Shown piece by piece: positions 1-9,228 of a DNA stretch of 64,000 nucleotides (its first letter is position 1; the number at the start of each line of letters is the position of its first letter). This stretch comes from Clostridia bacterium (GTDB lineage: Bacteria; Bacillota; Clostridia; JAAYHZ01), in assembly GCA_050950825.1 (NCBI GenBank), contig JBMNIH010000006.1, forward strand, positions 192,001 to 256,000, read 5' to 3'. The notes under the pieces were generated by a model. The model worked only from the letters and a program-made list of their open reading frames with translations. It made no database searches and was not told the origin of the DNA. The translations under genes were made by a program, and so were the position numbers.

Positions 1-1010
1 GGAGCTCCGAACTTCAGCTCTTTGAATTTCTCCGACATATTTTTCCCTTGTCCCGTGAGATTATCCTCGTCCGCCCCCCATAAAGGCGTTTGGTCGATAT
101 TGATCCACCGGTCGCCATCCAACACGGAGAGGTTCAGCCACAAGCCCCTTTTATCCATTCTGCGATAGGCGGATAGAATTCTACCGTCTTCGATATATAT
201 GGAAGTTAAGGTCTGCCCTTGTAATCCGGTGGACATAGCGGGACCGAAGGTTTTCCCGCCGTCATCGCTTATGGCGTAATGGTTTTCCAAATCGGCACCG
301 GCTTCATCGTCGTAAGCCCAAGCTACGGCCAAAAGCCTTCCGGAATCCACGGGGATGATTTTGGATTCCCAAAAATAGATACGCCTTTCGGGCCTTTGCA
401 TGACGACGGTATACTCGGGCCACGTTCTTCCTTGGTCGTAAGACAAAAAGGCTACCATTTTCAGCCCTTCGGGACAATTTCCGTCCCAGTCCGGCCAAGT
501 GGAGGTAGGCAAAAGGCAAATGTCTTTGTAATATGTAACGGGAGAACACATTTCGAATGCAGGTCCTATTAAGGGAGGATCAAAAGGCTCGGGCTTGCTC
601 CATGTATAGCCGTGGTCGTTGGAAAAGGACATGGCCAAGGTGACGGGAACAAATCCCAATGTGTCCGGATTGGTTAAACCGAAATCTTCACGGAAGCGAT
701 CGTGGCGCATGATAAAGGCGGAAAGCTCCCCTGTTTTGCTTTTCGCAATTCTGCACGCTTCCGATATCGGTTTTCCCGGTTCCGGTTCGTAAAGAGGTCC
801 TTGCAATTCCCAAGTGGCTCCGTTATCCTTGGATCGAAACAGGATGTTTCGAAGATTCACCGCTTCGAAGGCTTCGCCAACAACGGCGGCGGCTACAAAG
901 TCCCCGTTGTCGCATTGGACAACGGAAGGAAAGTACGCTTGAACACTTTTCAGATAGGGCTTCGGATTTTTAAAAAGAATCCCGGAATGAATCATCTCAA
1001 TGAAAGACAT
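1..1010 (-). CDS. Sialidase-like / BNR Asp-box repeat glycoside hydrolase (runs off the window edge)
   Basis: Read manually, not in ORF track. ATG at 1010 with AAGGAG RBS; translation MSFIEMIHSGILFKNPKPYLKSVQAYFPSVVQCDNGD... Four Asp-box motifs: SKDNGATW, SNDHGYTW, SYDQGRTW, SDDGGKTF. Confidence 0.8.
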   Translation of the reverse strand, partial: MSFIEMIHSGILFKNPKPYLKSVQAYFPSVVQCDNGDFVAAAVVGEAFEAVNLRNILFRSKDNGATWELQGPLYEPEPGKPISEACRIAKSKTGELSAFIMRHDRFREDFGLTNPDTLGFVPVTLAMSFSNDHGYTWSKPEPFDPPLIGPAFEMCSPVTYYKDICLLPTSTWPDWDGNCPEGLKMVAFLSYDQGRTWPEYTVVMQRPERRIYFWESKIIPVDSGRLLAVAWAYDDEAGADLENHYAISDDGGKTFGPAMSTGLQGQTLTSIYIEDGRILSAYRRMDKRGLWLNLSVLDGDRWINIDQTPLWGADEDNLTGQGKNMSEKFKELKFGA

Positions 1011-1286
1011 AGCCAAAGTTCTCCTTATGTCGTATATGTATATAATTATAGCATAATATTGAAAATTGAATATCCTTCATTTGGGAAATTTCTCTTGAAG
1101 GAATTGCCGACTTGCAAAAAACCCTTGCAAAAAATGACTCTGAAAAAAACAATTTATTGTGAAAATGACTTGCAAAAGTTGTGAAGCATGTGGTAGAATC
1201 ATTGTTGCTGTAGTTTTATAAGGTAAATCGATAAAAAATTAATGTTGTATAGACGTTAATGAGTTAGGACAGGAGGTGCAAAACGA

Positions 1287-1475
1287 ATGGCAAAATGTGA
1301 AATATGCGGCAAAGGTACATCTTTCGGGCATAATGTCAGTCACTCCGTAAGGAGAACGAAAAGAACTTTTAAAGCTAACATCAGAAACGTAAGAGTGGTT
1401 CAAAACGGGACTGCAAGAAAAATGAAAATTTGTGCTAGATGTCTTCGCTCAAACAAATTGGAAAGTGCTGTCTAA
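1287..1475 (+). CDS. rpmB: 50S ribosomal protein L28 (Zn-binding CxxC form)
   Basis: MAKCEICGKGTSFGHNVSHSVRRTKRTFKANI...CARCLRS; AGGAGG RBS. Confidence 0.97.
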   Translation: MAKCEICGKGTSFGHNVSHSVRRTKRTFKANIRNVRVVQNGTARKMKICARCLRSNKLESAV

Positions 1476-1502
1476 TCATAACGGAATCACGGATATTGGC
1501 AA

Positions 1503-1538
1503 TAAAATGACGGAAGGGGTCCGTCATTTTTATTTTTC
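1503..1538 (+). terminator. Intrinsic terminator after rpmB
   Basis: AAAATGACGGA-agggg-TCCGTCATTTT followed by a T-run. Confidence 0.75.
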
Positions 1539-1622
1539 TTTATTTTTCTTAAAAAATATTGTTGCAGAATAAACGGGGAGCCTGCAAGTTCTACGTCATA
1601 TCGACTCCCCGTCATCGGACCT

Positions 1623-1697
1623 TCATCTTTTAATACGAAAGATCTTCCTTAAAATTTTACCTAAAAACTTCGGTACCTTGACTACAACAATCTTCAT
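1623..1697 (-). CDS. spoVM: Stage V sporulation protein M (24 aa amphipathic peptide)
   Basis: Read manually: MKIVVVKVPKFLGKILRKIFRIKR, with the KxPKFLG SpoVM signature and a GGGAGG RBS. Convergent with rpmB, the conserved Firmicute synteny. Sigma-E-like CATATAAT upstream. Confidence 0.88.
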   Translation of the reverse strand: MKIVVVKVPKFLGKILRKIFRIKR

Positions 1698-1789
1698 ATT
1701 GGACCCTCCCCCGGCACAATTACTTATTATATTATATGTTCCTCCCGCCATTGTGTTACTAAATTCCGAGGACGGATCTTCCGGAATAC

Positions 1790-1820
1790 AAAAAAGCGGT
1801 GGCTTCGGCTCACCGCTTCT
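1790..1820 (-). terminator. Intrinsic terminator after htrA
   Basis: Minus strand AAGCGGTG-agccgaagc-CACCGCTT followed by TTTTG. Confidence 0.7.
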
Positions 1821-1841
1821 TGCTATAACTATTATAATTTG

Positions 1842-3110
1842 TTACGTTCTTTCGTCTCCAATAATTACGTCAATATTTAGCGTTTCTTTCGTTTCGGTTC
1901 TGTACACTTCCAGCTTCATGGTATCCCCGGGGCTCTTTTGATTGATGATTTCAATCAAATCGTCGCCGCTTTTAATTTCTTTTCCATCGGCTTTTGTAAT
2001 GATATCGTTCACCTTCAAGCCCGCTCTGGCCGCCGGAGAATCCGCTACGATTTCAACGATGTAAGCGCCGATAGGCAATTTAAATTGCTTTGCCGCGGCT
2101 TCGGTGTATTGGGATGAGATGCTGACTCCCAACCACGGACGGTTCCTGCTCACGTATCCGTCCTTAATCAAAGAATCCGTGATTTCCTTCACGCGGTTGA
2201 TGGGGATTGCAAAGCCCAATCCTTCATATCCGGATGCCGTTATTTTTACCGTGTTTACACCGATTACCTGACCCTTGCTGTTTACCAAAGCTCCGCCGCT
2301 GTTACCGGGGTTGATAGCCGCATCCGTCTGAATCAGCGTATATACATTGCCTTCTTCGCTGGTCCAGCCGATATCTCTGTCCAATCCGCTGATGATACCT
2401 GCCGTTACGGAGCTTAGGAACTTCGATCCGCCGGGGTTGCCGATGGCAACGGCCAGCTCTCCTACCTTCAGGTCGTCGGAATCGCCTAACTCGGCCGCTA
2501 CCAGGTTCTTCGCTTCGATTTTAAGCAGCGCAATATCGGTCTCGCTGTCTCTGCCGACAACGGTGGCGGGATAACGTTTATCCGGTTCTCTCGACAATAT
2601 CACTTCGATTTGGGCACCGGGCAGCAGCTGGTTGCTTCTTGTGCTTAAAGATTTTTCAATGACGTGGTTGTTGGTTACCACGTATCCGTTTTCCGCGTCT
2701 ATAATGATACCGCTTCCCTCCGACCCGCTTTGCCTGCTTCCGAAGAAGAAATCATTGATACTGTACGTAGCAACGATGCCTACAACCGAAGGGCTGACTT
2801 TATCCGCAATTGCCACTACGGGAGAATCGGTAGATACGATTTCGTATTTGGTGACTACTTGATTCAAATTAGGGTTCTGTGACAAAGCAGGGGTAGTGTC
2901 CACTGTTTTTTCAGCCGTCGGGTTCACAGATGACATCGCCAAATAAGTTACACCGCTGCCGACCATGGAGCAGATAAGAGCAACAATAATAACCGTAATA
3001 ATTCCTACGCCCCTTCCGGAACGTCCTCTTTTCGTATAATAAACATTTCGGTCATCCGGAAAATCAAAATCCGAACTTGTAACTCTTCTGTTCATATCAA
3101 AATAATCCAT
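1842..3110 (-). CDS. htrA: HtrA/DegP family membrane-anchored serine protease with PDZ domain
   Basis: N-terminal TM; motifs TNNHVI, DIALLK, IQTDAAINPGNSGG; C-terminal PDZ. Confidence 0.95.
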   Translation of the reverse strand: MDYFDMNRRVTSSDFDFPDDRNVYYTKRGRSGRGVGIITVIIVALICSMVGSGVTYLAMSSVNPTAEKTVDTTPALSQNPNLNQVVTKYEIVSTDSPVVAIADKVSPSVVGIVATYSINDFFFGSRQSGSEGSGIIIDAENGYVVTNNHVIEKSLSTRSNQLLPGAQIEVILSREPDKRYPATVVGRDSETDIALLKIEAKNLVAAELGDSDDLKVGELAVAIGNPGGSKFLSSVTAGIISGLDRDIGWTSEEGNVYTLIQTDAAINPGNSGGALVNSKGQVIGVNTVKITASGYEGLGFAIPINRVKEITDSLIKDGYVSRNRPWLGVSISSQYTEAAAKQFKLPIGAYIVEIVADSPAARAGLKVNDIITKADGKEIKSGDDLIEIINQKSPGDTMKLEVYRTETKETLNIDVIIGDERT

Positions 3111-3219
3111 ATCGATACCCCTTTCCTTTCATTCTATAGTAACAAGGTCTAACAACATTTATTGTTAACCTTATTGCCTTTTTCTTTGATTATATATTAT
3201 CCTTTATTTTTTAAACGGG

Positions 3220-3258
3220 TATGAATAAAATGTTAACAATTGTTAAGAAATTGATAAC
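3220..3258 (-). promoter_or_regulatory. Tandem ~10-bp direct repeats upstream of htrA, putative OmpR-family response-regulator site
   Basis: Minus strand TTCTTAACAA TTGTTAACAT TTTATTCATA, in the gap between the kinase gene and htrA. Confidence 0.4.
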
Positions 3259-3262
3259 TTCG

Positions 3263-4801
3263 TTATTGCTTGGATAAAGCCAAGGTAAAATGGAACTTCG
3301 TACCGATACCCGGCTGGCTTTCCACGGTGATGGTTTGGTTGTGCTTTTCAATGACGTTTTTAATAATCGACAAACCCAGTCCCGTTCCGGTACCGTCCAT
3401 GCTACGGGATTTGTCTACCGTATAAAAGCGCTCCCATATGTTTTCAAGCTCGTCTTCGGGGATTCCGATACCGAAATCCTCTACCGTGATCCCGGCCAAC
3501 CCGTCTTCCACGACGGTAATGATACGGATTACTCCGTTCGGATATGAAAATTTAATGGCATTGTGCAACAGATTATATATCACACGCTCAATGGCGTTTT
3601 TGTTTGCATGAACATAAAGGAATTCACTACAGAAGCGAATGTCCAGATCAAGGTTTTTACCGACCAAAAGACTTTCCAAGGTTATGATGCATCTTCGTAT
3701 CACTTCCTGGACATCAAAATCTTCGAAGGTTATGTTTTGTCCTGCGGCATCCAAACGAGACAAAGTCAGCAAATCCGTTACCACTCCGGAAAGCCGGTCG
3801 ATTTCGTCCTTGACGATGTTTAAATAATAGGTATGTTTTTCTTCCGGAATGGTTCCGTCTAAAATCCCGTCCACAAAACCCTTGATGGTCGTCATGGGTG
3901 TTCTCAACTCGTGAGACACGTTGGAAACGAATCGTGTCCGCATGGTTTCGTTTTTCTCCAAGGCATCCACCATTTTATTAAAGTTTTCCGACAGCTCGCC
4001 GATTTCGTCCTTCGTCGTAATTTTTAATCTTTTTGTATATTCTCCCGATGCAATGATCTTGGACAAATTGTTCATTTGCCTGATGGGATCGATCAGTCTT
4101 CTTGTCATGAAATAGATTAAAATGAAGGCCAAAAGAGAGGAAATGACGATGGAAATCCAAAGGTATGCGAAGGTTTTTTCTTGGGTACGCTTGATTTGGG
4201 ATGCCGGCATATGCATGTATACCAAATAGACTTTGCTTTCATCTGAGGAACTGTCGTCGTCGATATAAAACCTTTCGCCGTAGGTCAGCCAGGTGTCTCC
4301 GATGTATTGGTAGGCTTCCAAGGAGAAGAATCCGAAAAAATCTCCCAATTCCACCAACGTACCGTCTTTGTCGTTTAGAAGCTTCATGTATTGTTCTCTT
4401 GCCGGAAGCTGTACGTATCCGTTGCTTCCCATGAAGTCTTTTTTTATTGAAGAAGGCAGATCCGGATAAGCGTAATAGATCTCCCCTTTTTCCGTGACGA
4501 TCCATACGTCCGCATTGGTGGCATTCCCGATATATTGAAGGTTGGTGCTGAACATGGTCCAAATCTGTCTTTTCAACAGCAAAGCGATGCTGAACTCCAT
4601 TTTGTCAAATTCATTGTACCATGCAAAATATTGTTCAAAGGCATCGCTCGCTTTTTCAACACCGTTTTTTAGCTTTCCGATATTTTCATTAATGAAATAT
4701 TCATTTAAGAAAAAGTACAGGATGCCGCTGACAGCGGCAAATGTAACGATGGAAATGATGGCAAAGATAGCGACGATCTTGTAGAATATACCGATTCGCA
4801 T
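3263..4801 (-). CDS. Two-component sensor histidine kinase (HAMP-HisKA-HATPase)
   Basis: Two TMs, HAMP, SHELRTPMT H-box, NLLHNAIKF, GTGLGLSI. Confidence 0.95.
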   Translation of the reverse strand: MRIGIFYKIVAIFAIISIVTFAAVSGILYFFLNEYFINENIGKLKNGVEKASDAFEQYFAWYNEFDKMEFSIALLLKRQIWTMFSTNLQYIGNATNADVWIVTEKGEIYYAYPDLPSSIKKDFMGSNGYVQLPAREQYMKLLNDKDGTLVELGDFFGFFSLEAYQYIGDTWLTYGERFYIDDDSSSDESKVYLVYMHMPASQIKRTQEKTFAYLWISIVISSLLAFILIYFMTRRLIDPIRQMNNLSKIIASGEYTKRLKITTKDEIGELSENFNKMVDALEKNETMRTRFVSNVSHELRTPMTTIKGFVDGILDGTIPEEKHTYYLNIVKDEIDRLSGVVTDLLTLSRLDAAGQNITFEDFDVQEVIRRCIITLESLLVGKNLDLDIRFCSEFLYVHANKNAIERVIYNLLHNAIKFSYPNGVIRIITVVEDGLAGITVEDFGIGIPEDELENIWERFYTVDKSRSMDGTGTGLGLSIIKNVIEKHNQTITVESQPGIGTKFHFTLALSKQ

Positions 4802-5494
4802 TTATTTTACCTCGAATTTATAGCCTACTCCCCACACCGTTTTTAATCCCCAGGAGCCGCCGGCACCCTCAAGTTTTTCTCTCAATCTTTTTACATGAAC
4901 ATCCACGGTTCTCGAATCTCCGAAAAAGTCAAAGCCCCAAACATGCTCCAGCAATTGTTCTCGGGTAAACACCTTATTCGGGTTGGACGCCAGAAAATAC
5001 AACAGCTCCAACTCCTTCGGAGGCATATCTACTTCTTTTCCCCGGATTTGAACCGTGTAATTGGTTTTGTTGATGACCAAGCCGGGATATACCACTTCCT
5101 CCTCGGCAATGCTGTGTACGCCTTCGAATCGCCTCAGAACCGCTTTCACCCTTACGGAAAGCTCCTTCGGGTCGAAGGGCTTGACCACATAATCGTCGGC
5201 ACCAAGGCGGAATCCCACCACCTTGTCCACCGTTTCTCCTTTTGCAGACAGCATGATTACCGGGATGTTGCTGATGTTCCGAATTAAACGCAGCACTTCG
5301 AATCCGTCGATACCGGGAAGCATAATATCCAATATGACGAGATTAGGTGTAAATGCTTTGAACTTCTCGATGGCTTCCGAGCCTTTGTTGCAGGTTTCCA
5401 CAATGTAGCCTTCCTTTTCCAGGTACAGTCGAACAAGCTCGCAAATATTTACATCATCGTCTACTATTAATATACGGGATTTCGTATTCATCAT
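4802..5494 (-). CDS. OmpR/PhoB family response regulator
   Basis: ILIVDDD, LDIMLP, KPF; winged helix SRTVDVHVKRLREKL...TVWGVGYKF. Confidence 0.96.
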   Translation of the reverse strand: MMNTKSRILIVDDDVNICELVRLYLEKEGYIVETCNKGSEAIEKFKAFTPNLVILDIMLPGIDGFEVLRLIRNISNIPVIMLSAKGETVDKVVGFRLGADDYVVKPFDPKELSVRVKAVLRRFEGVHSIAEEEVVYPGLVINKTNYTVQIRGKEVDMPPKELELLYFLASNPNKVFTREQLLEHVWGFDFFGDSRTVDVHVKRLREKLEGAGGSWGLKTVWGVGYKFEVK

Positions 5495-5579
5495 AACAAC
5501 ACTCCTGCTTCTTACGGTATTCGAACCTTACATCGGGCTACTTTGTTTGTACAACCGGTTAAATCCGTTGATGCTCTTC

Positions 5580-6608
5580 TTATCGGCCTAAATCGATCCT
5601 CGTTCTCTTTCGTGAAGATTCGTAAACGGCACAAACCAGTTCCACGGAACGTCTTCCCTCGTATTGGTCAATAAAGGGTCTTCTGCCCCGTTCGAAGGCG
5701 TCTACGATATCCCTGAATTGGTTGGTATGACCTTCCACGGTCATGGCCGCAGGATCCGCCGCGCTGAAGTCTTCGTTGTTTGTAATGACCACGTCCTCCG
5801 GCTTTTCCATGTCTTTTATATCCCATTTAACGATAACGTCTTCTTCCACAACTACGGTTCCTTGGTAGCCCGAGATTTCCAATTTTCTCGGTACACCGGG
5901 ATACACGGATGTGGAAGCTTGAATAACGCCTAACGCCCCGTTTTTGTATTCCAAAACCGCTGCAGTGGTGTCATCGGTTTCAATGTTGTGTACCAGCGTT
6001 CTCGCATGGCCGTAAACGGATTTTACATCTCCCATGATAAACAGGAGCAAGTCCACGCCGTGGACACCTTGGTTCATCAAGGCTCCACCGCCGTCCATAT
6101 TCCAAGTACCTCTCCACGTGCTGTTTTTATAATATTCCGGAGTTCGAAGGAACTTCATATAAACATCGCCGAAGGTTAAACGTCCTAACCATCCGGAATC
6201 GACGGCATTCTTCAGTTGAAGAATCGGTTTCGAAAATCGGGATTGGAAAATAACCGAAAGGAGTACATTGTGTTTTTCACATGCATTAATAATCCGATCG
6301 CAATCTTCTATCGTAATGGCCATAGGTTTTTCCACTACGATATACTTTCCCGCTTCCGCAGCTTGAACCGCCATATCCGCATGCAGTCCGCTGGGAGTAC
6401 AAATACATACCGCATCGATGGCGGGATCTTTTAACATATCCTCATAGGAATCATAGGATTTGATATTGTACTTCGAGCAAAAAGAATCTCTGCTCTTCGG
6501 GCTCCGGCTGGACGCCCCGACTAACCGGGCTCCGACATTAAGGATGGACTGAGCATGCCAGTCTGCGATCAATCCGCAACCTGCAATACCAAAACGAACG
6601 TTACTCAT
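5580..6608 (-). CDS. Gfo/Idh/MocA family oxidoreductase
   Basis: GIAGCGLIA Rossmann motif, VVEKPMA, GGGALMNQGVHGVD. Confidence 0.93.
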   Translation of the reverse strand: MSNVRFGIAGCGLIADWHAQSILNVGARLVGASSRSPKSRDSFCSKYNIKSYDSYEDMLKDPAIDAVCICTPSGLHADMAVQAAEAGKYIVVEKPMAITIEDCDRIINACEKHNVLLSVIFQSRFSKPILQLKNAVDSGWLGRLTFGDVYMKFLRTPEYYKNSTWRGTWNMDGGGALMNQGVHGVDLLLFIMGDVKSVYGHARTLVHNIETDDTTAAVLEYKNGALGVIQASTSVYPGVPRKLEISGYQGTVVVEEDVIVKWDIKDMEKPEDVVITNNEDFSAADPAAMTVEGHTNQFRDIVDAFERGRRPFIDQYEGRRSVELVCAVYESSRKRTRIDLGR

Positions 6609-6752
6609 ACATTACTCCTCTTCTTTGCTATTCTTTACTTTATAGTATTATAGCATACCGTGTCAAATTATAGTATAATCAATTACGTGTTCACGGAGTT
6701 TAGAATCATTGATATACGGTTAACATACACTTATATGGAGAGGAGATGATCC

Positions 6753-7532
6753 ATTATCGCAAAAAAAATAGGAGTTACCTTCGGCGGCGGTGCGGCAAAA
6801 GGCGTAGCCCATATCGGTGTTATTAAATGCTTTCAAGAAAACGGAATCGACTTTGACATCGTTACCGGTAACAGTGCCGGCAGCATAGCGGGGGCTATGT
6901 ATGCTTACGGATATACTTGGCGAAATATGTTGAAGTTTGTCCAGACGGCTACCAAAAGAAAATCCATATGGTTTAAATACGGATTCTTGTACAATTCCGC
7001 TTCCATCGAGTCCATTGTGGAAAAAGCCATCGGAAACGTTCACTTCTCGGATTTACCGAAACCCTTTTGCTGTGTAGCATGCAATCTTCGGACAGGAAAG
7101 CTTGTGGTTTTAAACAGCGGAAAGGTGGCAAAAGCCGTACGCGCCAGTTGTTCCATTCCCGGTATTTATAAACCCACTCCTATAGGCGATATGCTATTGG
7201 TGGACGGATGTATTATAAACAGCATACCCTCCAATATTTGCCGTAACATGGGTGCGGATTACGTTGTCACCGTCGATTTGAATTCCGATCGGCGGAAGGG
7301 TACCACTTCCGATTCATTTGTAGAGTATTTGTTAACATCGTTTTATATCATGGTAGGCAGCAACGCCGTTACCGGTCTGGCCAATTCCGATTTGGTCATA
7401 TCGCCGAACCTGACCGGCTTTAACTATCACAAGCTGGAAAGAATTGAAGAGCTGGTGGAGCTCGGCGAAAAAGCGGCTTATGAAAAATTACCGCAAATCA
7501 AAGAAGCCGTGCGCCGTTTAAAGGAGCAATAG
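6753..7532 (+). CDS. Patatin-like phospholipase (start codon uncertain)
   Basis: The frame extends upstream of the ORF-track start at 6897 and includes GGGAAKGVAHIG and GNSAG; LVDG lies downstream. In-frame TGA at 6747, so no canonical start precedes the first motif. Confidence 0.85.
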   Translation: MIAKKIGVTFGGGAAKGVAHIGVIKCFQENGIDFDIVTGNSAGSIAGAMYAYGYTWRNMLKFVQTATKRKSIWFKYGFLYNSASIESIVEKAIGNVHFSDLPKPFCCVACNLRTGKLVVLNSGKVAKAVRASCSIPGIYKPTPIGDMLLVDGCIINSIPSNICRNMGADYVVTVDLNSDRRKGTTSDSFVEYLLTSFYIMVGSNAVTGLANSDLVISPNLTGFNYHKLERIEELVELGEKAAYEKLPQIKEAVRRLKEQ

Positions 7533-7541
7533 AAAATCATT

Positions 7542-8039
7542 ATGGAGAGTCGGCAAAATAAATGGGTGGAATTTTTTAAAAAATCCGTAAAAGGCATCAC
7601 TTCGTATGTCCTCGGGAAATTCATTATTTCTCTGATTATCGGAGTGTGCGTCTTTGCCGTCTTGTACTTATTGGATTGTCCGGTTTCTTGGCTTTTCGGG
7701 TTGCTGGCAGGCCTTGGCAATTTGGTTCCTACCGTCGGTCCTTGGTTTGCATTCGGTATATCCGCCGTCATTTTGGTATTCATCGAACCGGTTCAAATTC
7801 TTTATTTGCTTATCGCCACATTGGCCATGCAGGTAGTTGATAATTTTCTTTTAACCCCTTTTATCACCGGTAAAAGCGCCGATATCAAGCCGATTATCGT
7901 GGTTATCCTCATAACGGCGGGAGGCGCTTTGTTCGGAATTCCGGGCATCCTTTTGGCAATCCCTGCCGCCATCGTAGTAAAGGTTTTCTATCGGGTTTTT
8001 GTACAACCCAAAAAAGACGAGCCAAAAAAAGAGGAATAA
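7542..8039 (+). CDS. AI-2E family transporter-like membrane protein (C-terminal half only)
   Basis: LGNLVPTVGPWF, QVVDNFLLTPFITG, FGIPGILLAIP motifs; 165 aa. Confidence 0.75.
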   Translation: MESRQNKWVEFFKKSVKGITSYVLGKFIISLIIGVCVFAVLYLLDCPVSWLFGLLAGLGNLVPTVGPWFAFGISAVILVFIEPVQILYLLIATLAMQVVDNFLLTPFITGKSADIKPIIVVILITAGGALFGIPGILLAIPAAIVVKVFYRVFVQPKKDEPKKEE

Positions 8040-8040
8040 A

Positions 8041-8068
8041 AAAAGAGGCGGAGCAATTCCGCCTTTTT
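8041..8068. terminator. Bidirectional terminator
   Basis: AGGCGGA-gcaat-TCCGCCT flanked by A- and T-runs between convergent genes. Confidence 0.7.
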
Positions 8069-9143
8069 AAATTATCTCCAATTCGTCCTTGCTTGGCAAA
8101 TCCGGGAACTTCTCGAAAGGAAGGGTTTGATACCAATAAGCAACCGAGGATATGTCATCTTGCAATGGCAAATATCTGCCTTCGCTTCTCCAACCTAAAG
8201 CTTGGCAAGTCACTTTTAATCGGGTGTCGAATCGAACCGGATCCATGATGTGCCAGCGGTATAGGCCGAATCGAGTTTGCGAACGATATAGTCCGTCCGG
8301 CCTTATCACTTGGTGCATGCCGGAATAGGGAGTAGTAAATTCCGTGTAACGGCCGTTTACGTCAAAGTTGTAAGAGCCGCAGAAATAGTCTTCCGTTCCC
8401 GTACCGCAGATGGTGGGAAATTCATCATCGTCGTCGATGTAGAATTTAACCTCTCCTTCCCCCCACCAGCCGTTGTTGTTAACGCCCCATGCCATATAGG
8501 TTCCGACGTAGTGTCCTTTTCCCTTGATGTTGTCTACTATGGTGTAAACGCTTTTATAGGGCAGCGGGTTGGCTCTTCGGAATTGGGCGTGGAAATAGGC
8601 GGCATCCTCGGGAACTTCCGTCAACATGTAGTCCACTTGGTAGTACAAAACTTTCTCATTTGCTGCCGTATTGGTAACGGTCATACGGCAACGCTTCTTA
8701 AAGGGCATGACCCAGTAGCAATTCAAACCGGACTTCGGATTACAACATACGGCAAGCGACGAAAGCTGGGCGTATTCCTGCCACGCATTGCAGAAAAAGT
8801 CTCCTATCGGGCACTCTACCGAAGGATATTCGTTATCATCCCAGTAAATACGGAATATATATTCCCGCCATGCTCCCGTAGGAGTAACCCAGATGTGGGA
8901 TATGGCTCCCGGACCTTGGATGTCGGCCATGGTATAGGTTTCATTAGGGCCGATTCGAACATAGGGGTTCACTTTCCATCCTTGACCTAAATCCCGTGCG
9001 GCACGAGAAGCCACTCCTTCTATCGCCATACCGCCTTTTCCCTTTTCTCCCGTCGGGTTTTCTGCCGTTATGGACCGAGATACGGCATTTGAAAGCAGCG
9101 GCAAGGTTCCCATATTCATGTTAAGACCGTTAAACCGATACAT
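8067..9143 (-). CDS. DUF2961 / glycoside hydrolase family 172 protein
   Basis: SRSITAENPTGEKGKGG, WWGEGEVKFYID, CGTGTEDYF, YRWHIMDPVRF, DDISSVAYWYQ. Confidence 0.9.
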   Translation of the reverse strand: MYRFNGLNMNMGTLPLLSNAVSRSITAENPTGEKGKGGMAIEGVASRAARDLGQGWKVNPYVRIGPNETYTMADIQGPGAISHIWVTPTGAWREYIFRIYWDDNEYPSVECPIGDFFCNAWQEYAQLSSLAVCCNPKSGLNCYWVMPFKKRCRMTVTNTAANEKVLYYQVDYMLTEVPEDAAYFHAQFRRANPLPYKSVYTIVDNIKGKGHYVGTYMAWGVNNNGWWGEGEVKFYIDDDDEFPTICGTGTEDYFCGSYNFDVNGRYTEFTTPYSGMHQVIRPDGLYRSQTRFGLYRWHIMDPVRFDTRLKVTCQALGWRSEGRYLPLQDDISSVAYWYQTLPFEKFPDLPSKDELEII

Positions 9144-9228
9144 TTTGTATCCTCCTCATTATGGTGATGGAAATATTATACCATGTAGGTTTCACGATTT
9201 ATCTTGAAGATTCACATCACCTGAAAAA

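Noticed and set aside
1105-1180. Repeated TTGCAAAA motifs upstream of rpmB
   Set aside because: Short, AT-rich and irregularly spaced; consistent with ordinary promoter/UP-element sequence.
279-1184. ORF-track entries 279-572, 304-549 and 702-1184
   Set aside because: They overlap the real minus-strand Asp-box glycosidase, which the track missed because it runs off the window edge.
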